DNA of 32,000 bases from NCBI RefSeq assembly GCF_000354175.2, contig NC_022349.1, positions 720,001 to 752,000 on the forward strand, in the 5' to 3' direction. The notes below the pieces were generated by a model, which had not been told where the DNA came from, searched no databases, and saw nothing but the letters and a program-made list of their open reading frames with translations. The stretch is from Vibrio alginolyticus NBRC 15630 = ATCC 17749. GTDB taxonomy: Bacteria; Pseudomonadota; Gammaproteobacteria; Enterobacterales; Vibrionaceae. The translations under genes were made by a program, and so were the position numbers. Of the stretch, positions 1-10,156 are shown one piece after another (positions within the stretch are counted from its first letter, which is position 1; each line of letters begins with the position of its first letter).

Positions 1-8
1 CAAGTACG

Positions 9-1181
9 ATGTCCAAACCAAGCGGAAGCAAGAGCCTGATTTATAATCCTGCCTTTCGTTCTGCTATTTTCCAGATCATTGCCATTGCTGCACTGGTATT
101 TTTCTTTTACACGATTGTAAACAACGCTCTCAATAACTTAGATGCTCGTGGTATTGCAACGGGCTTCGGTTTTCTGAATCAAGAAGCCGGGTTTGGTATT
201 GGGTTAACATTAATTGAATACGATGAAACGTACTCTTACGGTAGAACATTTATCATCGGCCTTCTTAATACGGCGTTAGTCTCTGTATTAGGTATTATTC
301 TGGCTACTGTGATTGGCTTTACCATGGGGGTTGCCCGCCTTTCTTCTAACTGGTTAGTTAGTCGTTTAGCGGCAGTTTATATCGAAACTTTCCGAAATAT
401 CCCCCTTCTTCTGCAAATATTCTTCTGGTATTTCGCTGTTCTTCAAGCATTACCCTCACCACGCCAAAGCTTAAGTCTTGGTGAAGCTATTTTCCTGAAC
501 GTTCGTGGCTTATATTTCCCTGCACCGACTATGGAACCTGGCAGTAGCTACGTTATTGCCGCGTTAATCTTCGGGGTAATCGCAAGCTTATTAATTAATG
601 TATGGGCGAATAATAAGCAACGTCTCACTGGGCAACAAACCCCAATGGGAAGAATAGTTTTGGGTTTAGTTGTTGGCCTTCCATTGGTTGTGTACTTCCT
701 TGCTGGTATGCCAATTTCACTGAATTATCCTGAACTAAAAGGGTTTAACTTCCGAGGTGGTATTAGCATTATTCCTGAATTGGCTGCGCTACTTTTGGCA
801 TTGAGTGTTTATACAGCTTCTTTCATTGCTGAGATTGTGCGCTCTGGTATTAATGCGGTTAGCCATGGTCAAACCGAAGCAGCGATGTCGCTAGGCTTAC
901 CACGCTCGAAAACTTTAAAGCTTGTTGTCATTCCTCAAGCGTTACGAATTATTATTCCACCTTTAACCAGTCAATATCTCAACCTCACCAAAAACTCATC
1001 GTTAGCGATGGCGATTGGTTATCCAGATCTTGTCTCTGTGTTTGCTGGTACTACCCTGAACCAAACGGGACAAGCGATTGAGATCATTGCGATGACGATG
1101 GGCGTGTACTTGACATTAAGTCTGATTACGTCTGCATTAATGAACTTGTATAACCGTAAAGTCGCGCTGGTGGAGAGATAA
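9..1181 (+). CDS. Amino-acid ABC transporter permease, general L-amino-acid type (AapQ/YhdX-like)
   Basis: 390-aa ORF with a multi-TM hydrophobic profile. EAA-loop region TEAAMSLGLPRSKTLKLVVIPQALRIIIPPL. Stop TAA at 1179-1181 lies 1 nt before the next ATG (1183), indicating an operon. The substrate-binding gene is presumably upstream of the window. Confidence 0.85.
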   Translation: MSKPSGSKSLIYNPAFRSAIFQIIAIAALVFFFYTIVNNALNNLDARGIATGFGFLNQEAGFGIGLTLIEYDETYSYGRTFIIGLLNTALVSVLGIILATVIGFTMGVARLSSNWLVSRLAAVYIETFRNIPLLLQIFFWYFAVLQALPSPRQSLSLGEAIFLNVRGLYFPAPTMEPGSSYVIAALIFGVIASLLINVWANNKQRLTGQQTPMGRIVLGLVVGLPLVVYFLAGMPISLNYPELKGFNFRGGISIIPELAALLLALSVYTASFIAEIVRSGINAVSHGQTEAAMSLGLPRSKTLKLVVIPQALRIIIPPLTSQYLNLTKNSSLAMAIGYPDLVSVFAGTTLNQTGQAIEIIAMTMGVYLTLSLITSALMNLYNRKVALVER

Positions 1182-1182
1182 T

Positions 1183-2280
1183 ATGAGTACTCATCAATTT
1201 CAACCGGATCTCCCGCCACCCGCCAATACTGTAGGCTTCGTTGGTTGGATGCGGAAAAATCTATTTAATGGCCCTATCAATTCCATTGTTACTGTCATTC
1301 TTGCGTATATTGTCGTAACTGCAATATGGTATATCGTGGATTGGGCGTTTATTAACGCAGACTGGATTGGCTCAACGCGTGACGACTGTAGCCGAGATGG
1401 TGCTTGCTGGGTATTTATCAGCGTGCGCTGGGAGCAGTTCATGTATGGTTTTTATCCAGAGTCCGAACTATGGCGCCCTCGCCTTTTCTATATCACATTG
1501 GCCATGTTTACTGTTTTACTCGCGTATGAGAAGACACCGAAACGGATGTGGATTTGGCTTTTCTTCGTAAACATCTACCCATTCATCATCGCTGGGCTGT
1601 TGTACGGGGGTGTCTTTGGACTAGAAGTGGTCGATACACACAAATGGGGTGGATTACTCGTTACGCTCATTATTGCGTTAGTTGGTATCGTAGTTTCACT
1701 GCCAATTGGTGTGGTACTTGCGCTTGGTAGACGTTCAGAGATGCCGATCATTCGCAGCATTTGTACCGTCTACATTGAAGTTTGGCGTGGCGTTCCGCTG
1801 ATTACGGTTTTGTTCATGGCTTCGGTTATGCTTCCATTATTTATGTCTGAAGGTTCAGAGACAGATAAACTGATTCGCGCCCTTATCGGTGTGGTTATGT
1901 TTGCCTCCGCTTACATGGCAGAAGTGGTACGCGGTGGTCTACAAGCCATTCCGAAAGGTCAATATGAAGCCGCTGATGCGCTTGGGTTAAGTTACTGGAA
2001 AAAGACTGGGCTGATTATCTTGCCACAGGCGCTAAAGATTACTATTCCTTCTATCGTGAACACCTTCATCGGTTTGTTTAAAGACACCAGTTTGGTACTC
2101 ATCATTGGTATGTTTGACGTACTCGGTATAGGGCAAGCAGCAAACACCGACCCTGAATGGTTAGGTTTTGCTACAGAAAGTTATGTATTTGTCGCGTTAG
2201 TGTTTTGGGTATTTTGTTTTGGCATGTCGCGCTATTCGATATGGCTTGAAAACAAACTTCATACCGGTCACAAACGATAA
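1183..2280 (+). CDS. Amino-acid ABC transporter permease (AapM/YhdY-like)
   Basis: 365-aa multi-TM ORF. EAA loop [33 protein letters not shown]. Tightly packed between the first permease and the ATPase. Confidence 0.85.
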   Translation: MSTHQFQPDLPPPANTVGFVGWMRKNLFNGPINSIVTVILAYIVVTAIWYIVDWAFINADWIGSTRDDCSRDGACWVFISVRWEQFMYGFYPESELWRPRLFYITLAMFTVLLAYEKTPKRMWIWLFFVNIYPFIIAGLLYGGVFGLEVVDTHKWGGLLVTLIIALVGIVVSLPIGVVLALGRRSEMPIIRSICTVYIEVWRGVPLITVLFMASVMLPLFMSEGSETDKLIRALIGVVMFASAYMAEVVRGGLQAIPKGQYEAADALGLSYWKKTGLIILPQALKITIPSIVNTFIGLFKDTSLVLIIGMFDVLGIGQAANTDPEWLGFATESYVFVALVFWVFCFGMSRYSIWLENKLHTGHKR

Positions 2281-2303
2281 CTCATCAAGATCAAGGACGT
2301 ATT

Positions 2304-3053
2304 ATGACGCAACAACAAGATTACATGATCCAATTGAAGGACATGAATAAATGGTATGGTGAGTTTCACGTACTAAAAAATATTAACCTCGACGTTAAGC
2401 GCGGGGAGAAAATCGTTATCTGTGGCCCATCTGGGTCGGGAAAATCAACGATGATTCGCTGTATTAACCGCCTTGAAGAGCACCAAGCAGGCAGCATTTA
2501 CGTCTCTGGTACGGAATTAACTGAAGACTTAAAGAACATTGAAGCAGTACGCCGAGAAGTGGGCATGTGCTTTCAACACTTTAATCTCTTCCCTCATTTA
2601 ACCGTACTGGAAAACTGTACGCTCGCGCCTATCTGGGTGAAGAAGATGCCAAAAGATGAGGCAGAAGCAGTTGCGATGAAATATCTGGAACGTGTTAAAA
2701 TTCCAGACCAAGCGGAGAAGTATCCCGGTCAGCTGTCTGGTGGTCAGCAACAACGCGTGGCGATTGCTCGCTCTTTGTGTATGAACCCTAAAGTCATGCT
2801 TTTTGATGAGCCAACATCTGCACTCGACCCGGAAATGGTTCGCGAAGTACTGGATGTAATGGTCGAACTCGCCGAGGAAGGCATGACTATGCTTTGTGTG
2901 ACACATGAAATGGGCTTTGCTAAAGAAGTTGCCGATCGCGTGATATTCATGGACGCAGGAGAGATCATCGAAGAAAACAACCCTGTTGATTTCTTCGAAA
3001 ATCCTCAATCGGATAGGACCCAAAATTTCCTAGCGCAAATCTTACACCACTAA
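2304..3053 (+). CDS. Amino-acid ABC transporter ATP-binding protein (AapP/YhdZ/GlnQ-like)
   Basis: 249 aa. Walker [11 protein letters not shown]-loop, ABC signature LSGGQQQR, Walker [13 protein letters not shown]-loop [11 protein letters not shown] aagga lies upstream of the ATG. Confidence 0.93.
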   Translation: MTQQQDYMIQLKDMNKWYGEFHVLKNINLDVKRGEKIVICGPSGSGKSTMIRCINRLEEHQAGSIYVSGTELTEDLKNIEAVRREVGMCFQHFNLFPHLTVLENCTLAPIWVKKMPKDEAEAVAMKYLERVKIPDQAEKYPGQLSGGQQQRVAIARSLCMNPKVMLFDEPTSALDPEMVREVLDVMVELAEEGMTMLCVTHEMGFAKEVADRVIFMDAGEIIEENNPVDFFENPQSDRTQNFLAQILHH

Positions 3054-3073
3054 GATTTAGCCGAATCGACATA

Positions 3074-3108
3074 AAAAAGCACTGGTTTCTATGAAGCCAG
3101 TGCTTTTT
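3074..3108 (+). terminator. Rho-independent terminator of the ABC operon
   Basis: Stem agcactgg (3078-3085) pairs with ccagtgct (3097-3104), followed by a T-run to 3108. It lies 20 nt after the stop codon. Confidence 0.75.
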
Positions 3109-3302
3109 GTTACTAAATTCAAAAATCTGTGTAAGAATCAACATAGCTATGCTAGGCAGTAATATTGTGTTACAAGTTGCCAAATACATAACATCTTATT
3201 TCTATTATTATTTTATCTAAGTTACGTATGGTTAGGGCTTGATTTTTTGAACTTTCAATCCCATAAATGTACTTAAAAGAAAGTCTCTTATCGAGGAAGA
3301 TT

Positions 3303-3965
3303 ATGAACAGTCCAATGTTTACCCGCACTTCAACTCAAGAAAGTGCTCTACAAACGAACAAAGTATTGCGTAATACTTACGCTCTACTTTCAATGACACT
3401 TTTATGGTCGGCAGTCGTTGCTGGCGTTGCAATGGCATTTAACCTTCCACATCCAGGTATCATCCTAATGCTGGTTGGTTTCTACGGCCTATTATTCTTA
3501 ACAGAAAAAAACCGTAACAACAGTCTTGGCCTTGTGTTTACGTTCCTATTTACTGGCTTCTTAGGTTACACCGTTGGCCCTATTCTAAACATGTACATCG
3601 GTGCCGGCATGGGCGATATCGTATTAACCGCACTCGGTGGTACGGCACTATCTTTCATGGCAGCATCGGCATACGCACTAACAACGAAACGTGACCTATC
3701 GATGATGGGTGGCTTAATGCTATCACTATTTGTTGTGCTGGTTGTGGGCATGATTGCAAGCTTCTTTATTCAATCAACCCTTTTACACTTGGCGTTGAGC
3801 AGCTTGTTTATCATTTTCTCTACTATGGCGATCCTGATGACAACACAAGGCATTATTCGTGGCGGTGAAACAAACTATATCTCTGCGACAGTAACTTTGT
3901 ATGTATCAATCTACAACATCTTCATCAGCCTACTAAGCATTCTAGGCATCATGAACGACGATTAA
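3303..3965 (+). CDS. yccA: BAX-inhibitor-1/YccA family inner-membrane protein (FtsH modulator family)
   Basis: 7-TM profile. N-terminus MNSPMFTRTSTQESALQTNKVLRNTYALLSMTL and length 220 aa are typical of YccA. ATG 3303 is preferred over the ORF-track start 3267 because of the aggaag RBS at 3295-3300. Synteny with tusE/acyP/rlmI as in E. coli. Confidence 0.88.
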   Translation: MNSPMFTRTSTQESALQTNKVLRNTYALLSMTLLWSAVVAGVAMAFNLPHPGIILMLVGFYGLLFLTEKNRNNSLGLVFTFLFTGFLGYTVGPILNMYIGAGMGDIVLTALGGTALSFMAASAYALTTKRDLSMMGGLMLSLFVVLVVGMIASFFIQSTLLHLALSSLFIIFSTMAILMTTQGIIRGGETNYISATVTLYVSIYNIFISLLSILGIMNDD

Positions 3966-3986
3966 TCGTTTCTCGTTAAGTAGAAT

Positions 3987-4022
3987 CAAAAAGCCCGAAG
4001 GTAATTCCTTCGGGCTTTTTCT
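3987..4022. terminator. Bidirectional rho-independent terminator between convergent yccA and the ParB-like gene
   Basis: A-run, stem aagcccgaagg (3991-4001), loop taatt, stem ccttcgggctt (4007-4017), then a T-run. Confidence 0.8.
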
Positions 4023-4041
4023 TTGTGTGCAATTCAGTGTA

Positions 4042-4416
4042 TTACGCCTGCTCTACTGACAACTCGATAACTTCGTCAGCTTCTGGATTTTCTCTAAAGC
4101 GTCTCACTTTGATCGTTTCCTCTCCTAACATGATTTGCTTGGCGATTCGGTGCATACCGTCAAAAACACGATAGTCACTGGTTAAGATTACCGGATACGA
4201 CAAATCAGCATTGTTGATTCGTTGGCAATGTTTTGCAATTTCACGGCAGGTTGGCTGTGGCCCTTCATGACTAAACCAAGTCACTTCATTTGGGCCTTTG
4301 ATATCATCAATCGAAATTTCTTCTACAGGTAAGGATTCTGCAAGTTGCCAAATACGCTCGATGGACCAAGTGGATTTTACATTGTCATTAATCTCAATGT
4401 AACGTTGTTTCGACAT
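4042..4416 (-). CDS. Small ParB/sulfiredoxin-fold protein (ParB N-terminal-like domain only), function unknown
   Basis: 124 aa. LPVEEISIDDIKG followed by YPVILTSDYRVFDGMHRIAKQIMLGEETIKVRRF resembles the ParB/Srx core (DGxHR ... G ... IPV). No HTH or dimerisation region. RBS aaggag lies upstream (revcomp of ctcctt at 4426-4431). Confidence 0.6.
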   Translation of the reverse strand: MSKQRYIEINDNVKSTWSIERIWQLAESLPVEEISIDDIKGPNEVTWFSHEGPQPTCREIAKHCQRINNADLSYPVILTSDYRVFDGMHRIAKQIMLGEETIKVRRFRENPEADEVIELSVEQA

Positions 4417-4824
4417 GACTAACTCCTTGTCATCATTGTTGTTTCTAACCTGAATACAGGCTTTTATTAATCCAATGAGAATATCGGTCTATGAAAACAA
4501 ACACAACGTTTAAGCTATTCATTCACCCATAAAATCCCATAATCAGACAAGTAGCCAAGAAAAAACCAAAACAAAAACGAATAAGCCTGGGTATCCATGC
4601 AATTTCGTTGGTACTCACCCCGTAAAATTTCTAACAAACTGAATAGTTTCCTATTTATTTGAATAAAAGAGCATTTATATCAAAGTGCCTAGCTCTGTCA
4701 AAAAGCACTCACCATTTTGTACGCTTTTGCTTCGCTCGATACGACTTCGAGATTCTTTTGTTGAGAACATTCTCGGCTGTCGCTAATCTATAAACATCCA
4801 TGTTTACTTAACGGATAAAACGTT

Positions 4825-5154
4825 ATGTTCGTTTACAACGGCAAAGAAATTGAAACGGATGCTCAAGGCTACTTATTGGATCATACTCAATGGGAAGAAG
4901 GTATGATTGAGCTTTTAGCAAAAGAAGAAGACATCGAGCTTACGGATGCTCATTTGGAAGTTGTGCATTTTGTGCGAGACTTTTATGAAGAGTTTAATAC
5001 CTCCCCTGCAGTGCGTATGCTTGTGAAAGCGATGGAAAAAGCGCACGGCCCGGAAAAAGGTAACAGTAAGTATCTATTCAAGCTGTTTAAAAAGGGACCA
5101 GCCAAACAAGCAACCAAATTAGCCGGCCTACCAAAGCCAGCTAAATGCTTGTAG
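4825..5154 (+). CDS. tusE: Sulfurtransferase TusE (DsrC family, tRNA 2-thiouridine sulfur relay)
   Basis: 109 aa, near-collinear with E. coli TusE. Motifs [22 protein letters not shown] and the C-terminal GLPKPAKCL with the penultimate catalytic Cys. Confidence 0.93.
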   Translation: MFVYNGKEIETDAQGYLLDHTQWEEGMIELLAKEEDIELTDAHLEVVHFVRDFYEEFNTSPAVRMLVKAMEKAHGPEKGNSKYLFKLFKKGPAKQATKLAGLPKPAKCL

Positions 5155-5156
5155 AT

Positions 5157-5429
5157 TCATAAAATTTTAAAACCGCGTAACGGCTTATACGACGCAGGCT
5201 CCTGCATCACTTGCTCTACTGTTGCCGTTCGCGGTCCTTCTTGTAACCATTCCGAAAACGCAACTATTTGCGCGTCTGTTCCACACGCCATCACTTCAAC
5301 ATCACCATTGTTTAGGTTCTTCGCATAACCTGTTAACCCTAGCTTCAATCCTTGATGGGAAGTATGGTAACGAAAGCCGACGCCTTGAACGTGACCTTTT
5401 ACTATAAATCTCTCACACTTTACGTTCAT
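5157..5429 (-). CDS. yccX: Acylphosphatase
   Basis: 90 aa. Signature VKGHVQGVGFRYHT and GYAKNLNNGDVEV. Convergent with tusE, with stops only 2 nt apart. Confidence 0.92.
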   Translation of the reverse strand: MNVKCERFIVKGHVQGVGFRYHTSHQGLKLGLTGYAKNLNNGDVEVMACGTDAQIVAFSEWLQEGPRTATVEQVMQEPASYKPLRGFKIL

Positions 5430-5519
5430 CTTTGTACCGCTTCTTTTTACTGAGTGATATATTCTTTTCGTCTATTCACCCCACTAAGGATAGTGGGTTT
5501 TTGCACGGTTATTATAATT

Positions 5520-6923
5520 ATGAAAGAAATTCCATTCCGCTGGATTGATAAGTATCTCATTCACTTAAAGATTCAAGAAAAGTTCTATTTGCTCTTCGTT
5601 CTCCCTCTTCTTGCTTTAGTCATTCTCACTCTCGTCCTTAATAGCGCGGCTAATACACTGATCTCAAGTATGTACCAAGAAGAGCTCATGCTTATGAAAG
5701 GTCTGATAGAGGCAGGCAACCTTTCTCAATCTCAAGTAGCAAGCCTCATAGCGGGTTCAGAAACCGTTTCTATTGGCTCTGGTTCGCAATCCGTGTCTGT
5801 TTTAAATGGTGCGTACAGTTTGGTTGCGAACCATGAACTTTCTTTATGGACTGCCCTATCAACGACTCAAGTAAGCATCATCTGTGTGAGCTTGTTTATT
5901 CTCGCTCTTGGCGTTTACTACATCATGACGTTTATTGGCGGCGCGATGTTCACGATGAACAAAGCCTTAAACACTCTTGCTGGTGGCGACCTAACTGCGA
6001 GAATGAACTTCTTCCCTGTTCGCGACGAGTTTAGTGAAATTGCTATTACGATAGACAAAGTTGCAGAACGAGAGCAACAAATGGTGCTGTCGATTCAAGA
6101 GTCTGTGGCGTTAATGCAACAAATTAGCTCAGACCTGAATCAATCGATTCATCACAGTTCAGATATTTCAGCGACTCAGCAGGAACACCTCAACTCTCTT
6201 GCGAGTGCAACTGAACAGATGGCATCAACGATTCGAGAAGTCGCGACACTAGCTCACGATTCAAGCACGCAAACCGATGATGCACGTAACGTGGCTCAGT
6301 CTGGACAAGTGAAAGTTGAGAATACGCTTCACTCGATTTCGAACCTTTCTAATGAGATTCAATCTGCGTCTCAAGCCGTTGCCGAGTTAGATGCCAATGC
6401 CGCACAAATTGATGAAGTCGTGACAACCATCAATGGGATCTCCGAGCAAACCAACCTACTTGCTCTGAACGCGGCGATTGAAGCTGCACGTGCTGGAGAA
6501 CAAGGTCGTGGATTTGCGGTCGTTGCGGATGAGGTTCGCGCTCTTGCGGGACGCACTCAGCAAGCGACAGTTGAAATCCAAACGATGATTGAATCGTTAC
6601 AGCGTAACAGCCAGTCGCTTACTAAGCTGATGGAAGTGACAGTTAATAATGCAAATGAGGGACAAAACCTCATGACGGAAGTGAATCACGAAATCGGCTC
6701 TTTGGCAGATAAAAATCAAACTATCTCCGACAGTAGCATTCAAATTGCAACAGCAGCTGAAGAGCAAGGTGTAGTCGCGGACAATATCGCCTCAAGCGTT
6801 GAAGAAATTCGAGTTCAAGCAGATAACGTGTGCAATATGATAAGCACGACTTCACAAAACGTTGATCAACTGCGTAAGCAAAGCGACACAATGGAAGCTC
6901 TACTTACTGGACTTAAAGCATAG
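5520..6923 (+). CDS. Methyl-accepting chemotaxis protein with a very short periplasmic region
   Basis: Two TM segments ([19 protein letters not shown]; [27 protein letters not shown]). HAMP-like segment. Conserved signalling hairpin [41 protein letters not shown] 5520 is preferred to the GTG 5454 ORF-track start, but the start is uncertain. Confidence 0.88.
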   Translation: MKEIPFRWIDKYLIHLKIQEKFYLLFVLPLLALVILTLVLNSAANTLISSMYQEELMLMKGLIEAGNLSQSQVASLIAGSETVSIGSGSQSVSVLNGAYSLVANHELSLWTALSTTQVSIICVSLFILALGVYYIMTFIGGAMFTMNKALNTLAGGDLTARMNFFPVRDEFSEIAITIDKVAEREQQMVLSIQESVALMQQISSDLNQSIHHSSDISATQQEHLNSLASATEQMASTIREVATLAHDSSTQTDDARNVAQSGQVKVENTLHSISNLSNEIQSASQAVAELDANAAQIDEVVTTINGISEQTNLLALNAAIEAARAGEQGRGFAVVADEVRALAGRTQQATVEIQTMIESLQRNSQSLTKLMEVTVNNANEGQNLMTEVNHEIGSLADKNQTISDSSIQIATAAEEQGVVADNIASSVEEIRVQADNVCNMISTTSQNVDQLRKQSDTMEALLTGLKA

Positions 6924-6956
6924 CAACGGAATCTGTTACAGCAAATTCAAATAACA

Positions 6957-6980
6957 GGGTCACTTTAGTGACCTTTTTTG
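6957..6980 (+). terminator. Rho-independent terminator after the MCP gene
   Basis: Stem gggtcac (6958-6964), loop ttta, gtgacc (6969-6974), then TTTTTT (6975-6980). Confidence 0.7.
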
Positions 6981-7084
6981 TATTTAAAAGTCACTACAAT
7001 GTACTGGATTGCCGAGGGATATTGCTTTTACCATTCACATCCCGGACAATACGCCCCTTTCAAAATTCAACAAGAGCTAATGAA

Positions 7085-8278
7085 ATGACAGCTGCTATCT
7101 ATTTGGTTAAAGGTCGTGAGAAATCGGTCAAGCGCAAGCACCCTTGGATCTTCTCTCGAGGCATCAACAAAGTTGAGGGCGAACCTGCTCTTGGCGAAAC
7201 GGTTGATGTATTCACTCACGACGGTAAATGGCTAGCTAAGGCGGCATATTCGCCAGCTTCACAAATTCGTGCTCGTATTTGGAGTTTTGATAAAGAAGAA
7301 ATCGACACCGCGTTTTTCGTTAAACGACTTAAAGACGCACAACTTCTTCGTGAAGACATTATCGAACGTGATGGCCTTACGGGTTATCGCCTTATCGCAG
7401 CAGAGTCTGACGGCTTACCAGGCGTTACGATTGACCGTTACCAAAATTTCTTTGTGTGCCAACTTCTCAGTGCTGGCGCAGAACACAATAAGCAGGCTAT
7501 TGTTGACGCTCTGGTTGAGTGCTTCCCTGATTGTAATGTGTACGAGCGCTCTGACGTGGCCGTTCGTAAAAAAGAGGGTTTAAAAGAGATCACGGGCGTC
7601 TTGCACGGCGAAGAGCCACCTCAATCGGTCGTCATCGAAGAAAATGGCGTAAAGATTAGTGTAGATATCGTTGGCGGACACAAAACAGGTTTCTACCTAG
7701 ATCAACGTGATAGTCGCCAGCAAGCGATGAAATATATGAAAGGCAAAGAAGTTCTTAACTGCTTCTCTTACACAGGTGGCTTCGGACTTTACGCTCTAAA
7801 AGGTGATGCAAAGCGTGTGATTAACGCTGACGTGTCGCAACCTGCTTTAGATACCGCAAAATTCAACGCAGAGCTAAACGAGTTTGATATTTCGAAGAAG
7901 CGTGCCGTGTTCCTAAATGCAGACGTGTTTAAGCTACTTCGTGAGTATCGCGATCAAGGAACTCAGTTCGATGTGGTTATTATGGACCCACCGAAGTTCG
8001 CAGAGAGCAAAGCACAACTAAACGGTGCATGTCGTGGTTACAAAGACATCAACATGCTAGCAATGCAAATTCTAAAACCGGGCGGCACGCTACTGACCTA
8101 CTCGTGCTCTGGCTTGATGGATCAAGTTCTGTTCCAGAAAATCATCGCTGATGCAGCCGTAGACGCTAACCGCCAAGTAAAGTTTGTGGAGCGTTTTGAG
8201 CAAGCCGCTGACCACCCAACCGATACAGCATATCCAGAAGGCTTCTACTTAAAAGGTTTTGCATGTAAAGTGCTTTAG
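7085..8278 (+). CDS. rlmI: 23S rRNA (cytosine1962-C5)-methyltransferase RlmI
   Basis: 397 aa from ATG 7085. N-terminus [24 protein letters not shown] parallels E. coli RlmI (KGREKSLLRRHPWVFS). SAM-MTase motifs [12 protein letters not shown] and VIMDPPKF. The ORF-track start 6968 gives an unsupported 39-aa extension. Confidence 0.92.
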   Translation: MTAAIYLVKGREKSVKRKHPWIFSRGINKVEGEPALGETVDVFTHDGKWLAKAAYSPASQIRARIWSFDKEEIDTAFFVKRLKDAQLLREDIIERDGLTGYRLIAAESDGLPGVTIDRYQNFFVCQLLSAGAEHNKQAIVDALVECFPDCNVYERSDVAVRKKEGLKEITGVLHGEEPPQSVVIEENGVKISVDIVGGHKTGFYLDQRDSRQQAMKYMKGKEVLNCFSYTGGFGLYALKGDAKRVINADVSQPALDTAKFNAELNEFDISKKRAVFLNADVFKLLREYRDQGTQFDVVIMDPPKFAESKAQLNGACRGYKDINMLAMQILKPGGTLLTYSCSGLMDQVLFQKIIADAAVDANRQVKFVERFEQAADHPTDTAYPEGFYLKGFACKVL

Positions 8279-8306
8279 GCTACGAATAAGTAAGACAAAG
8301 CAGAAG

Positions 8307-8328
8307 AAAAGGGCCTACTGGCCCTTTT
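8307..8328. terminator. Bidirectional terminator shared by convergent rlmI and adhesin 1
   Basis: aaaa gggcc tact ggccc tttt. It sits between the rlmI stop (8278) and the adhesin stop (8331-8333). Confidence 0.7.
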
Positions 8329-8330
8329 CA

Positions 8331-8700
8331 TTATGGCTCTAAGTTAACCTTAGTTAGTGCGGATAACACATCTCTCTCAAAGTCCGCATTTCCCACGATT
8401 AAATCACTAAACTCTGTCGCCCCGTTTTCTATTACGATAGTTTGAATTGAGTTTCCATCGTTATGGGTTATTTCTAGAGATAAGTCATCGCCATCAATGT
8501 TCAAGTCAATACTATTAAGAAGTTCTTCTATCGTATTGTGCCCTGCATCTTCAACGACTTCACTCAGATCTAAGGTGTCCAAATCTCTCTCAAAACCTCT
8601 AATTAGATCTGTTCCTGTATCCAAGGAGTCGTTGACCCATTTAAAGACATCTGCCTCGTTATCATTACCGATCAAGATGTCATGACTTACGTCTACTTCA
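8331..8700 (-). other. C-terminal T1SS secretion target domain (VC_A0849 subclass-like) of adhesin 1
   Basis: ADVFKWVNDSLDTGTDLIRGFERDLDTLDLSEVV motif (D-x-F-x-W ... D-x-I-x-x-F ... D-x-LDLS) about 110 aa from the C-terminus. The same motif is present in adhesin 2. Confidence 0.7.
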
Positions 8701-9129
8701 GCTTCAATAATATTTGCAGAGCCATTACTTGAAGCATTTACTCCTCCGTTTTCATCAATAACGAATTGCAGGGTATTCTCACTTTGATCGCCATCGTTAT
8801 CCGTCAATACATAATCGAAGTCTAACGTTTCAACTGTATCACCCACCGCACCATAAAATGCATACGCACCATCGTTTAGGTCGATTTCCAGAGTATGTTT
8901 GCTGTCGATATAGATAGTAAGCTGCATCGTTGTGTCGTCAAATGCATGCGAAATACCATCGTTATTGTCAGTTACTATTAGGTCTGTACCATCAAACGAA
9001 TAAGTGACACCGTCATGTTCTATTTCGCTAATATAACCACCATCTGCACCAATACCTGTATCTGGAGAAGTGGTATACATCAAGTTCCCCCCAACAGGTT
9101 GAATCACTGACTGCAACATAACCGGAGGT

Positions 9130-9680
9130 AATTGAGTTACGTCAGGAACCACAACACCATCAAGGTCTTGATTCAAAAAGCCATCATATGCTACGCGATC
9201 TAATTGCTCCGGCATAAGATTAACGCCCATACCATACGCTAGGGCTGTGATCTGATTATCAGGATCGGTTAGGTGATCAATCCAACTCTGCTCGCGAGCG
9301 TCGTTTATAAATGATGACGCAGGGTTTGGCTGACCATCTGACAAGAAGTAACTAACATTCGACGCACTGGTTAACTTACCTACATCATCCCATGACTGTT
9401 TTGCTTCATTTAGCGCGTTGTTATAGTTAGTCGCGCCACCCGCAGTTAGCGTCTCAATATACGCTTTGGCCTCCTCGACCGTCAGCCACGTCGCAGCACC
9501 TATAGCGTAAGTGGATGCTGTACTGCTATAAGTAATAATTTGAACTCGCGTTTGACCGATAGACTCATATTGATTCAATAACTGAGTTGCCGAATCTTTC
9601 ATTATCTGCAAGCGATTATCCGTTCGCATAGAACCCGAGACATCCATTATGAGCTGAACGTTGGCACTTTCTTTAGTTTC
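9130..9680 (-). other. von Willebrand factor A (VWA) domain of adhesin 1
   Basis: MIDAS DVSGSM (codons at 9627-9645), GGATNYNNAL, and YFLSDGQPN (about 9322-9347). Confidence 0.75.
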
Positions 9681-9709
9681 TGCAACTACATCGTGAATAA
9701 TAGATGCAG

Positions 9710-10156
9710 AATCTGGTGAGTCATCTTCCACAATAACGTTGACCGTTGTGGAGTTAGTAAGACCACGAGCATTCGAGACAAGCACAGGCACCTCAATATT
9801 TAAGGTGTCTTCTCCAGATGGGTTGGAGTGATCAATCGGACCAAGAAGCTCCGTAGATACCACTCCAGTATCATTGACTGATATTTTGATAACCTCTTCA
9901 CCGTTCGCTGAACCGATAAGCATTTGGTCGTTATTTGATAACGTCCACGTTACAGAGATACCGTTACTAGTAAGAGCTGTAGATGGTTCACTGAGCGTAA
10001 CAGAATCAACGGTTTGACCCAGCGTCAATTGTTCTACATCAGTACTCGAGTCAGTTGTGTCATCAAAGCCGTTTAGAGCAGAGTCATCAGCAATGGCGTT
10101 GCTTAAGCCTTCCTCAGAAACGTTTAGTGTTACACCTTCTACAATTGGTGGGGCGT
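9710..10156 (-). other. T1SS-143-like repeat module, copy 2, adhesin 1
   Basis: APPIVEGVTLNVSEEGLSNAIADD...TSNGISVTWTL...LLGPIDHSNP...VIVEDDSP. Same layout as the copy at 11075-11545. Confidence 0.55.

Noticed and set aside
1019-1760. Small ORFs on either strand overlapping the permease genes (1019-1219, 1200-1442, 1367-1570, 1548-1730, 1575-1760)
   Set aside because: They lie entirely within strongly supported permease CDSs, in other frames, and have no recognisable motifs.
2598-3189. Minus-strand ORFs 2598-3023 (141 aa), 2744-2980 and 2965-3189
   Set aside because: The first two are antisense to the well-supported ABC ATPase. The third spans the terminator and intergenic AT-rich DNA. None has motifs or an RBS.
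3267-3302. N-terminal extensions in the ORF track for yccA (3267), the MCP (5454), rlmI (6968) and the ompA-like gene (22579)
   Set aside because: Internal ATGs at 3303, 5520, 7085 and 22606 have better RBS spacing. They give N-termini or lengths that match the families, or a proper lipoprotein signal peptide. The extensions overlap terminators or upstream genes.
5152-5159. tusE and acyP stop codons only 2 nt apart with no hairpin, as a possible regulatory antisense overlap
   Set aside because: Tight convergent packing is common, and there is no structural or sequence evidence for a specific mechanism.
7269-7583. Plus-strand 104-aa ORF inside rlmI
   Set aside because: It is an alternative frame of a confidently identified gene and has no features of its own.
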